Assembly (NCBI RefSeq): GCF_963921235.1
Contig: NC_086109.1
Span: forward strand, 5,892,001-5,956,000
Origin: Mobula hypostoma
Taxonomy: Eukaryota
Direction of reading: 5' to 3'
DNA length: 64,000 nt
The translations under genes were made by a program, and so were the position numbers. The notes beneath the pieces are model-generated. The model was not told the DNA's origin. It did not search any database and saw nothing but the letters and a program-made list of their open reading frames with translations. Below are positions 50,141 to 61,383 of this stretch, piece after piece; the stretch's first letter is position 1, and each line of letters begins with the position of its first letter.

Positions 50141-50970
50141 TGTGACAGGATCCTGAATTAACCCTTATGACTGTGCTTTTAAAAAGAGAGACAGAGTTGT
50201 TCAACACAAGCATCTTGTTATTAAGAGAGAGAGAGAGGCGAAGACTGCTTTGAGACAGTGTTATGGTTTCTCTGCAGCGTGTTTACACTTTTGCAAGGAC
50301 ACTGCCAGCTTCTGTGTTCTTACAGAGAGAGAAGGGAGGAGCTACATGATGGACAGCTGATGTTCAGCACAACAATATTTAAACCAGCGTAATTGCTTGT
50401 TTCACAGGACACGCAGACGCACTAAGGTGTGGTGAAGTTACAACCATCCTGTTCAGGTGCCCACGAGTGTGGGACCGAGGATCGGTTCTGAGGGATCGAT
50501 CTGTGATTATTGGTGCGTGAAAAAGCGACCTTGTGGAGTCTACTAGTGTGTCTAACCCTTGCATGGGTTGGTAGACTATCACTTGAAGACGGTGTTATTA
50601 AGTTGGTCAAGCTTGGCTAACTTGGAAGTTTGGAGCACAATGGGAAGATCGATGGCATCAGCTCACCTGAAGAACTGAAGAACTAACCACCTCTCTCTCT
50701 CCATCACTACTCAACTCAATACCACAAACTGAACTGAACTTTACTCATCACCGTAAGACTGTATCTATTTACCCCTAGACTTGAAGAAGCTTGGTTTTTA
50801 TATTTCCACATTTATATATATAAAACCATTGCTAACCTGTCTGATTTATCTGATTTTATATTACTATATTGCGTAGTTACTAATAAATACCATTAGTTTT
50901 TAGCAATACCAGACTCCAAAGGTGTTTTCCATTTCTGCTGGTTCTTTAACCTGTCATGGGGTACGTGACA
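50141..50970 (+). repeat. 3' LTR
   Basis: tgtgaca...cgtgaca, preceded by the PPT and followed by the TSD. Confidence 0.92.
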
Positions 50971-51276
50971 CTAGAACTAGGGGACATAGCCTCAAGATTC
51001 AGGGGAGTAGATTTAAGACGGAGATGAGGAGGAACTGCTTTTCCCAGAGGGTGATGAATCTGTGCAATTCTCTGCCCAATGAAGTAAACGAGGCTACATC
51101 AGAAAATATATTTAAGACAAGGTTGGATAGATTTTTGCATAGTAATAGAATTAAGGGTTTTAGGGAAAAGTCAGGTAGGTAGAGATGAGTCCATGGCCAG
51201 ATCAGCCATGATTTTATTGAATGCCAGAGCAGGTTCAACGGGCCAGATGGCCTACTCCTGCTCCTATTTCTTATAT

Positions 51277-51552
51277 TCCCCCTTTTCTTTCTTCCATGGC
51301 CTTCTGTCCTCTCGCTCCTTCTCCAGCCCTGTATCTCTTTCACAATCAACCTCCCTGCTCTTTACTTCACCTCTCCCTCTTCTGGTTTCACTTCATGTCT
51401 CTTTCTCCCCTCCCCCCATCTTCTAACTCTGACTCCTCATCTTTTTTATTCCAGTCCTGGTGAAGGATCTCGGCCCGAAACGTCGACTGTACTCTTTTCC
51501 ATAGATGCTGCCTGGCCTGCCGAGTTCCTCCAGCATTTTGTGTGTGTGTTGC
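51277..51552 (+). mobile_element. PLE pLTR 3' part with hammerhead motif at 51453-51488; its 5' part is at 43625-43662
   Basis: Joining ...ctggtgctcctc (43662) to ccccttttctttcttccatggc (51278) restores the uninterrupted PLE sequence seen at 5582-5640. Confidence 0.8.
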
Positions 51553-52892
51553 TAGGACAAGTGGAAGGCCTCCAAGTAAGGGAATCTAGGGCTGCAGTGG
51601 TGGACCTGCCATTTTTTGTAGCATTGTGGCTGAAAGGTTTCAGAGTTGCAACATCTGTCTGCCACCCTCTCCACAACAAAACCAGCCTATTTTTTTTCTT
51701 TTTTCTTTTTTCATTCTCATTCTCTCTCTCTCTCTCTCTTCCTCTCTCATGAGAGGACCACAACCTAGTAGGATCACATGCCACAAACAGGTCAAAGGGT
51801 AGAGGGCAGACTAAGAGTGGTCCACTGGTCCTCCAGGTTCAGGGGTTCAGCTCAGAGCTAACAACCCTAACTGGTCAAACAAAACTGTTATGGAAACAAC
51901 ACTGAAGAATCCTTCAATATCTGTGACAACGGATATTCCTGTGTCTCCACCCGGGACTTGCATGACTGAGAGAAAGCTACTGACACGATGAAGGAAGCCA
52001 TGATCGCCACCAGAGACGGAGGACCTTCATTGCTGCCCTAAACACCCAGCAGCGTAACAGGCAAAAGAAAGAGACATACAAAGGAAAGAAGGTAGAGAAT
52101 TCAAAGACACCTCCAAGGAAAGTAACCTTTTCAGTATAGATTGGACTCCCCACAATGACATTTCTGTCTGTGAGCTCCTGCGCTGTTCTAACGAAGCCCA
52201 ACACAAACCTGAAGAACAACTCATCTGTCTGGGCATATTGCAGACACAGAGACTTACAACACTACAGCACAGAAGCAGGCTCTTCAGCCCATCTAGACCA
52301 TGCTGAACTCGTCCCACCAATCTGCACCCAGACCATGGCCCTCCATACTCTTCCATTCAAATACTTACTCAAATTTCTTTTTAAGTGTTGAAATCAAACC
52401 CAAGCCCATCACTTCTGCTGGAAGCTCGTTTCACACTTGCTTCACCTTCTGAGTGAAGAAGCCCCCCATCAGATTATTAAAAGCTTAATGCTGCCTCGTT
52501 ATAGCCATTTCCACCCTGGGAGAAAGTTGCCAGCTGTCCACTCTAATTACACCTGTTATCAACTTGCACACTTCATACCAAGTCACCTCTCATCCGCCTT
52601 CACTCCAAAGACCAAAGCGCTCGTTCAATCAACGCTTCCTCATAGGATCTGCTCTCTAATCCAGGCAGCATCCTGGTAAATCTTCACTGCATTCTCTCTA
52701 AAGCTTCCACATCCTTCCTACTGTCTCCAAAACACTCACCCACCGAGATGGGCCAAATGCAGGTGGATGGGACTACTGTAGATGGGCATTTCGGCCAGCA
52801 CGGACAAGATGAGCCAGTGAGACTGTGTGATTTTGCTCCCCTTCACCGGGCAGCAGTACGGTAGTACAAAGCATCAGTGTGCAGGGACTCAC

Positions 52893-53032
52893 CATTCCAT
52901 GACGATAAGAAGGCACTTCCTCCCCTGGTACAAGTTCTCGTAGACGTCCACAATGCGGACTATGTGATTGCAGCCGGACGCTCGGCAGTGGAGATCCATC
53001 TCCCGCCGGGCCTTCGAACAGTCCTGCAGCAT
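52893..53032 (-). CDS. MAPKAPK2: MAP kinase-activated protein kinase 2, coding exon (equivalent to human exon 2), 140 bp
   Basis: Minus strand reads ctcctcag|ATG CTG CAG GAC...ATG GAA TG|gtgagt and translates MLQDCSKARREMDLHCRASGCNHIVRIVDVYENLYQGRKCLLIVME(C), matching MK2 (MLQDCPKARREVELHWRASQCPHIVRIVDVYENLYAGRKCLLIVMEC). Polypyrimidine tract, AG acceptor and GT donor are present. Confidence 0.95.
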
Positions 53033-53187
53033 CTGAGGAGAGAGGAGGAGGAGGTAGTGTTAAACTCAGGAGAAGGGCTCCACACCGGGTACAGGAAGGC
53101 AGCACGCTGCAGGCACAAGGGAGGCAGATAGACAGGTGGTGTTGGGACAATTCATATTGGAACAAAGTAGGCTGAATGGGGATAGGA

Positions 53188-53720
53188 CACCACTTTATTA
53201 GGAAGACCTGTACACCTGCTTATTAATGCAAACATCTAATCAGCCAATCATGAGGCAGCAACTCAATGTATAAAGGCATGTCAAGAGGTTCAATTGTTGT
53301 TCAGACCAAACATCAGAATGGGGGAAGGAATATGATCTAAGTGAGCTTGACCATGGAATGACTGTTGCTGCCAGACAGGGTGGTTTGAGTATCTCAGAAA
53401 CTGCTGATCTCCCGGGATTTTCACACGCACAACAGTCTCCAGGGTTTACAGAGAATGGTGCGGAAAAACGAAAAAAAAAATCCAGTGAGTAGCAGTTCTG
53501 AGGGCAAAAACACCGCGTTAATGAGAGAGGTCAGAGGACAATGGCCAGACTGATTCAAGCTGACAAGAAGGTGACAGTAACTCAAATAACCACGTGTTAC
53601 AACAATGATGAGCAGAACAGCATCTCTGAATGCACAACACGTGGAATCTTGAAGTGGATGGGCTACAGGAGCAGAAGGCCACGAACGTGGACTCAGTGGT
53701 CACTTTGTTAGGTGCAGGAG
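53188..53720. mobile_element. Tc1/mariner-like non-autonomous element (second copy at ~60484-60915)
   Basis: cactttattagg...aatcagccaatca..gcagcaactcaatg..taaa body is shared by both copies. Tc1-type cagtggccactttattaggtacacc end in the second copy. Confidence 0.6.
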
Positions 53721-53816
53721 GCATGTAAAATCATGAAGCACAGAGACGGAGCAGACGGACAGAGCCATTAGACCGCAAGATATAGGAGAAGAATGGGGCC
53801 ATCTGGCCCATTAGAC

Positions 53817-53896
53817 CAGGGGTTCCCAACCTGGGGTCTATGGACCCTTCAGTTAATGGTAGGGGTCCATGGCATAAAGGTGGCTGGGAACCCCTG
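53817..53896. mobile_element. 80-bp hAT (Charlie-like) MITE with 8-bp TSD
   Basis: TIRs caggggttccca / tgggaacccctg and TSD cattagac at 53809-53816 and 53897-53904. Related inverted copy at 60739-60817. Confidence 0.88.
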
Positions 53897-53947
53897 CATT
53901 AGACCAATGCTACTGACTGAAAGCAACAGACAGAAGGTGAGGTGATT

Positions 53948-54545
53948 GCCACACATTTTAATTCACATCCCATTCCCATTCTGATATGTCTATCCACAGC
54001 CTCCTCTACTGTAAAGATGAAGCCACACTCAGGTTGGAGGAACAACACCTTATATTCCGTCTGGGTAGCCTCCAACCTGATGGCATGAACATTGACTCCT
54101 CTAACTTCCGCTAATGCCCCATCTCCCCCTCGTACCCCATCCGTTATTTATTTATATACACACATTCTTTCTCTCTCTCTCCTTTTTCTCCCTCTGTCCC
54201 TCTGACTATACCCCTTGCCTGTCCTCTGGGTTCCCCCCACCCCCTGTCTTTCTCCCTGGGCCTCCTGTCCCATGATCCTCTCATACCCCTTTTACCAATC
54301 ACCTGTCCAGCTCTTGGCTCCATCCCTCCCTCTCCTGTCTTCTCCTATCATTTCGGATCTCCCCCTCCCACTCCCACTTTCAAATCTCTTACTAACTCTT
54401 CTTTCAGTTAGTCCTGACGAAGGGTCTCGGCCCGAAACGTTGACTGTACCTCTTCCTAGAGATGCTGCCTGGCCTGCTGCGTTCACCAGCAACTTTGACG
54501 TGTATTGCTTGAATTTCCAGCATCTGCAGAATTCCTCGTGTTTAC
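53948..54545 (+). mobile_element. PLE 3' end (GIY-YIG tail plus pLTR) with hammerhead motif at 54410-54445
   Basis: Near-identical to 19095-19654. Confidence 0.88.
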
Positions 54546-55199
54546 TACACACTCAGTGGTTTGGACATGGAATATGGATTAGCTTTATCTGGGACATACA
54601 CAGTGAAATGAGTCGCTCTGCATCAATGACCAGCACGGTTGAAGGATGTGCTGGCAGCAGCCTGCAAATGTCACCACGTTTCTGAAGCCGACGTAGCATG
54701 CCCACAACTCACGGCCCTTGACCGCTACGACTTTGGAACGTGGAAGTAAACCGGAGCACCCAGAGGAAAGCCACATACACCTTGCGTGTTTGATGATTAT
54801 TGTTGGGGGGGGGGGGTGTTTCTTTAAGCAGGTTCTATGGTGTTTCTATGATTTGTGATGACAAATCTCAAGGTTGTATACTGTATACACACTTTGATAA
54901 TAAACGTACTCCTAACTCTGAACATGTGAAATTTACGACCAACTTGAGGAGCAGATACAGATTCGAATGTCGTGTTCAAAAGTGAGCCAGGTAACACATC
55001 TGAATGTAATGAATGTAAAGTGGTACAGGGCTCTGGGAAGAGAGAGAGCGACTGATAGCCCTTCCATTGGAGGCCTGAGGTCTGCAAGTCTCTGAGACTA
55101 CTGAAGGCTGGAGACCCGGAGGTGGCCTATCCTGGAGTTGAGGCCTTTATGTGTGTGTGAATGGATGGGTGGGAGGAAGGGGAACTGCATTTTGAGCAA

Positions 55200-56035
55200 G
55201 TCAAACCGATGAGGCATTATTATTGACTCTGAGCTAAATTTCAAATCACATATTAACCACACGATTAAAACTGCGTTCTTTCATTTAAGGAACATTGAAA
55301 AGAGTTTAAACGCAAACAACAGGAATTCTGCAGATGCTGGAAATTCAAGCAACATACATCAATGTTGCTGGTGAACGCAGCAGGCCAGGCAGCATCTATA
55401 GGAAGAGGCGCAGTCGACGTTTCAGGCCGAGACCCTTCGTCAGGACTAACTGAAGGAAGAGTGAGTAAGGGATTTGAAAGCTGGAGGGGGAGGGGGAGAT
55501 CCAAAATGATAGGAGAAGACAGGAGGGGGAGGGATAGAGCCAAGAGCTGGACAGGTGATTGGCAAAAGGGATACTTGAGGATCATGGGACAGGAGGTCCG
55601 GGAAGAAAGACAAGGGGGGGGTGTGACCCAGAGGATGGGCAAGAGGTATATTCAGAGGGACAGAGGGAGAAAAAGGAGAGTGAGAGAAAGAATGTGTGCA
55701 TAAAAATGAGTAACAGATGGGGTATGCGGTGGGGGGGGGGGGGCGGCCTTAGCGGAAGTTAGAGAAGTCGATGTTCATGCCATCAGGTTGGAGGCTACCC
55801 AGATGGAATATAAGGTGTTCATCTCAAGATGCAGAAAAATTGAAAACACGCTTTCGTTTACAGCCAATTAGACTACAGTAATGCAACCTTTTCAGGACTG
55901 CCCAAGACAGATACAAATCGGACGCAACTTGTTCAAGATGCAAGAATCTTAACCCAAAAAGAAAGTCTGAGCACATTTCACTGGTACTGGCATCATTACA
56001 CTGGCTGCCCATGTCCTTTAGGATTAATTCTAAAA
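55200..56035 (+). mobile_element. L2 LINE fragment split by a minus-strand PLE terminus (55310-55820)
   Basis: GIIIDSELNFKSHIN, AFFHLRNI, LDYSNA..GLP and HISLVLASLHWLP motifs. The PLE piece carries a hammerhead motif at 55412-55447. Confidence 0.7.
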
Positions 56036-57026
56036 GAATTTTACGGCTCTGAATGATCTCACTCCTCCATATACTTTTGAGTGTCTATGCTCTTGCATCC
56101 CTAATTGTAATCTTAGATCCACGAACACTGGTTACAATCCTTAATCTGGTATTGGGTGTTAATGAAGCATTTCACTGCATGCTTCGATGTACGTGTGATA
56201 AATTAACAAATCTGAATCACACAATTTGTCCAACCTTTTGAAGAAATTATGCAATATATTTTTCTGAAATTGTATTTCTTTTTAAAAGGCTTTCGCCACA
56301 TCCTTACATATAATTATCTGTTAGGATTATAGAGACACAGTACAGGCTTAATGGGCCAAATGGTATCCTTCCCTGCTGTAACCATTCTGTGATTTTGTTC
56401 CAATGAAGGTAGGTGAGCAGGTGAGATTCTTTCACCAGGGCGATTGAGAATGATCATTCAGGAAGACACACACAAACACACAGAGCAGAGATCCTGGAGT
56501 ACTTCACATTTCAACTTTCCTGTTTTTATTTTAGATTTCACGTTAGTCAACACGTGCAGAAATTTCAACACGCAGGAACCCACGTTAGAACAGCTCACTT
56601 GGCCAAACCACAGAGGCACCATTCAGAGTCAGCTGACAGAAGTTCCAGGTTTTGAAGAGAATGGAATTTCATGAGTGACTGTTTGACAGAGCCACAGCAA
56701 CAAACTGTCTCAATTCACAGCACTGCAAAGGTGGAGGAAATTTGGCACTTGTCGCACGCACAGTCGACAGCATCCTGACTGGTTGCATCACGGCCTGGTA
56801 TGGAAACACCAATGCCCAGGAATGAAAAAGCCTACAAAAAGTGGTAGACACACACAGTCCATCACGGTCCAAAGCCTTCCCCACCACTGAGCACATCTAC
56901 AAGAAGCACTAAAACAAGAAAGCAGCTTCCATCATCGAAGACCTCCACCAGCTAGGACATGCTCTTTTCTCGCTGCTGCCACCAGGCAGGAAATAGCGGA
57001 GCCTCAGGACTCACACCACCGGGTTC

Positions 57027-59463
57027 GACGTTGTCGTTAGGTCGCATCTGGAATTTCCAGTTGGCAGACGATTTCCCTCCACGCCGCTCTGTCCCGACAC
57101 TTGTCCACAACATGCCTAGTCTTGTCCAGCTTGGTCCAATCCTTGATGTGATCCAGCCACGTTGTTCTTTGCCTTCCTCTTCCTTTCTTTCCCTCCACCT
57201 TTCCATATAGCAAGACCGACAAGATGTCATCTCTCCGTGTAACGTGTCTACAATAAGCAACTTTTAACTTCATAGTCTTCTCCAGCAATATCCGTGGTCT
57301 ATCAACTTCAGACAAAACCCTCTCATTTGAAACTTTCTCTACCCAGCTGATCTTCAACATTCGTCAATAGCACCACATTTCAAAAGCATTAATTCGCTTC
57401 ATGTCATCCTTCTTCAGGGTCCATGTTTTTGATCCATACCTCAGTACTGACCATACGTAACGCTCGAGGAAGCGGATTCTGCTTTGGATGTCTACCTTCC
57501 GATTGCATAGTAGATCTTTTAGCTTCATGAACTGGGTCTTAGCCATACTTATTCTCCTTCTGATCTCAACTCACATCTCCCGTCATCTGTCAGACAACTG
57601 CCAAGATATTCAGACTTTCGCACCTGGTCCATGTCTTGTCCATTCACTTGTAACGATACCATCATGAATGAGTCTTTAGTGTTTGTTTTGCTTACTACCA
57701 TCAATTTTGTTTTCTTAGGGTTGATTTTAAGTCCGTAGTCAAGGCTTTTCTCATTCACTTTATTCAGCATAATTTGCAGTTCGCTTTTGCTGTCAGCTAA
57801 CAACACGGTGTCATCCGCATACCTGATGTTATCCACCTTCCAGCCTCCGATTGGAATACCTGTCTCCTGATGGTCACATTCCTGAAAAATCCATCCTCCG
57901 TAGAGGTTGAACAAATCCCGCGAGCCAACACAGCCTTGCCTTACACCTCGTTTAATACATGCCCATGGTGATAGCTCATTTTCTACCCTGACCGCTGCTT
58001 TCTGTTTCCAATACAAGTTCCTTATTATCTGCACATTCTCCCATCCCAGATCGTACTTGTTCAGCACCTCTATTACTTTCTCACGTCTTACTTTATCAAA
58101 AACCTTTTCATAGTCAATAAAGGATAAGTAGATGGTCTTTTGTGCCTCAATGCATCTCTCCATGATGTTTCTCATCGCAAGTACTCCTTCCCTTGTTCCT
58201 GAGCCTTTACGAAAACCAAACTGCATTTCTCCAATTTCATCGCTGATTGTACCTTTCATTCTGCCGAACACTACTTTCAACAGTAGCTTGACGCAGTGAG
58301 ACATTATGCTTGTCGTCCTGTGTTCATTACATTTTATCGTCCTTGGCTTTTTTGGTAAGGCGATAAATACAGATTTCAGAAAGTCCTCCGGAAGATTTCC
58401 TGTTGTCTAACATCACTAAAAGGTTCGTTTTTCCCTTCGGACCAAGTGATTTCAGAATTTCAGTGGAAATCTTATCTTCACCGGCCGCCTTTCTGACTTT
58501 TAGACTCTGAATCGCACTTTCCATTTCTGACATCGATATTTTAGGTTGATTAGTCATTTGGTTTAATTCTGGTAAATCCTCAATCCTGCTACCTTCAAAT
58601 AATTCTGAGATGTACTCAACCCATTTGTCCATGATCTCTTCTTTCTCATAGCATGGATTACCACTACCGTCTTCAATACACCCAGCTGATGGCACGGTCC
58701 TCTTTAATTTCGTCATATTCTTTACCTTTTGGTGAAAGCCTCTATAATCATGACTTTGTTCATACTGCTCAATTTCTTCGCACTGTTCATTCATCCAATT
58801 CTCTTTCGCTTCCTTGCATTTTCTTTGAATCAAGCGGTGTAGGGCTTTGTATCGTTCATTATCCCAATGTTTTACCTTTCTTCTTTCTTCAGTTAACTTT
58901 CTCAACTCATTGGTGAACCAAGGGTATTGTCTTTTGCTCTTTTTCCGAAAACCCAAAGTCTTTTCCGCAACTTCTATCACTGTTGTTTTAAACTCCTCCC
59001 AGATGTTCTCCACTGCCATGTTGCTACCCTCGTCACCTAAGACTGAAAATCTATTCTCCGTTTCGACCAATTATTCGATCTTTTTTGCTTCATCCGTAAT
59101 GAGTAAATCAAAGTCTATCTTATTTGATGGTTTGGCCTTTCTCATCTTCGTTGAACGCACACTCATGTCCAATACCACAGGGCTGTGATCTGTATAACAG
59201 TCACTACCAGGGTACATTTTCACCTGCTTCACTCCATTCCTGAACCGATTGGGTACTAAAATATAGTCAATTTGGTTTTTTACTGAACCATCAGGACTGC
59301 TCCACATGTACAGTCCCCGTTTTGGCAGATGGAGTGAAGGTGCTCGACGAAGAGGTCCCCTAGTTTATGTCGGGTCCCGGCACGGCAGCCGCCGTGCTAC
59401 GGGTGAAGCAGAAGCTCGGCACTGAGGCTGCAGAGGCCCCACCTATACCTGGGAGACCCTGTT
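57027..59463 (-). mobile_element. RTE-clade LINE insertion (5'-truncated, decayed), with ~140 bp of non-RTE sequence at its 5' end
   Basis: WSSPDGSVKNQIDYILV..TDHSPV (APE end), QFGFRKGSGTRE, FIDYEKVFD, GVRQGC, IRYADDTVL, RINAFEMWCY, GKVEGKKGRGRQR. 8-bp TSD ccgggttc at 57019-57026 and 59464-59471, splitting a Rex-like 3' fragment. Confidence 0.9.
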
Positions 59464-61383
59464 CCGGGTTCAGGAACAGTTACTACCCCTTCAACCACCA
59501 GGCTCCCGAACCAGCGCGGATAACTTCACTCAACTCAATGCTGAACCGGTTCCACAACTTCTGGATTCACCTTCAAGGACTCTGCATCTCATAAGCTGAG
59601 TATTATTTACTTTTTGCATGGTGCACAGTTTGTTTTCTTTTGCACATTGGTTGTTTATCAAACTTTGTTTATGTGCAGTTATTCATTGATTCGGTTGTAC
59701 GACGCTGTTCTGCTTTGAATGCCCACGAGAAAATGAATCCCAGGGTAGCACACGGTGACATATACACACTTTGACAATAAAATGACTTTGAACTTGGAGC
59801 ACAAGTGGAGAGCGAAGACTTCGCAATCAAAGCAACCTCTGCTGTGGCAGCAGTCTGAAGTGACAACCAGCTCACGATGCTCAGCAAAGGAGGCAAGACA
59901 GTGGTCTAGGTTTAACACCCAAACCACTAAGGTGTTGATTCTGTCTGAATGGCACTCTGCCTGATCTTGATAAGGGGACATTTGGTTTGCATCTGAACCA
60001 AAGTTCCCAAACAACAAACTCGCAACTTCAAAATTGTGTCAGTCGCCTCCTCCTTTTCTGCCTCGTGTGTTTGCGGTCTGCCCATCAGAGAATTAGTCCA
60101 TCAGTTGGGCGCGTTCTACAGCAGGTCAGTGTGCCAGTTACACAGTGCACAGCAGTCATTTCCAAAGCTTCACCACTCAAACCCTGAGACTCCTGCAAGC
60201 CCAAGAAAAAAACCCTGCAGATGCTGGGACCTTTAACTAAAAGGAGAAGGTGCTGCGACGGTTTAGCAGGTACAGCAGCATCTACAGAAGGAGAGAAAAA
60301 CAGCCCGCCCCCCATTCTGATGAAAAGTCATTGAGCTAAAAGGTTAACTCGTTTCTGACATTAACTCTAAAGATCATGCCTGACTTGCTGATTGTTTCAA
60401 GCACAATCTGCTTTAACCAGAGAAAAAAAACTAGAAGGGAGGGGGCGTGACACCAGTGAGCTTTTCGAATCTGGAGACGCACTCAGTGGCCACTTTATTA
60501 GGTACACCTGTCCACCTGCTTGTTAACGCAAGTACCTAATCAGCCAATCACACGGCAGCAACTCAATGCATAAAAGCATGCAGACATGGTCAGGAGGTTC
60601 AGCTCTTGTTGTTTAGAACAAACATCAGACTGGGGAAGAAATGATATTGAAGTGACTTGGACCATGGAATGATTGTTGGTGCCACACAGGGTGGTTTGAG
60701 TATCTCAGAAACTGCTCATCTCCTAGGATTTTCATGAACAGGGGTCTCAACCTTTTTTATGTCACAGACCAATACCACTACACAAGGGGTCTGTGGTCCC
60801 CAGGTTGGCAACCTGTGCTCTAGACTTTACACAGAATGGTGCAAGAAACAAAAAACATCCAGTGAGCTGTTCGGTGGGCAAAAGCACCCAGTGGCTGCTT
60901 TACTCGGTGTGGGAGGTAGCTAATAGAGAGTTCCCGGTCCTCTCAGGGTTCGTTAAGGATGAACAATAAATGCTGGCCTCACCAGGGGCAGCTGGTAATG
61001 GAACTGGTTTATTATTGACAAATTGTCTAGCATACTATTCATACCAATCAAATAGTTACAGCACGATGAACCAAGCAATACAGTAACAATGCTGAAGAAA
61101 GTGTAAAAGCTACTGAGAAAATGCAGTGCAGGTAAATGATAAACTGCAAGATAATAACAAATAGCTCGTGTGTCACCTCCAGGGTCTCGTCACATGTGAA
61201 GGGCCAGCAGGAGCTGCAAGATGAACAGCTGAAAGTCTGCAGATGCTGGAAATCCAAAGCAACACACACAGAATGCTGGAGGGATTCAGCAGGTCAGGCA
61301 GCATCTATGGAAAAGAACAGTCTACCTTTCAGGCCGGGACACTTCTTCAGGACTGAGAAGGAAGGGGGAAGATTCCAGAACAA

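Larger units (their letters stand above)
44991..50970 (+). mobile_element. Full-length but decayed Ty3/gypsy LTR retrotransposon, Gmr1-like (gag-IN-RT-RNaseH order)
   Basis: LTRs at 44991-45825 and 50141-50970, TSD ctag (44987-44990, 50971-50974), degenerate tRNA-Pro-like PBS at ~45830-45844, PPT aaaaggaaggggg at 50128-50140, internal pol remnants. Confidence 0.93.
43663..51276 (+). mobile_element. Host CR1 3' fragment split by two younger insertions
   Basis: CR1 pieces at 43663-43902, 44844-44990 and 50971-51276 join continuously (ggtgagactag|aactagggg). Confidence 0.8.
5032..52892 (-). other. MAPKAPK2: MAPKAPK2 intron, 47,861 bp, phase 2
   Basis: Bounded by a GT donor at 52892-52891 and an AG acceptor at 5033-5032. 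The flanking exons join in frame with no missing kinase residues. Confidence 0.9.

Noticed and set aside
4783..53032. Assignment as MAPKAPK3
   Set aside because: MEGG is MK3-like, but MLQDC-KARRE, IQDRGDQ and SEIMKSIGEA are MK2-diagnostic. Synteny or phylogeny would settle it.
59367..59594. 75-aa ORF MSGPGTAAAV... as a gene start
   Set aside because: It spans a PLE fragment, the unknown 87-mer and a LINE 3' fragment across a TSD; a chance fusion frame.
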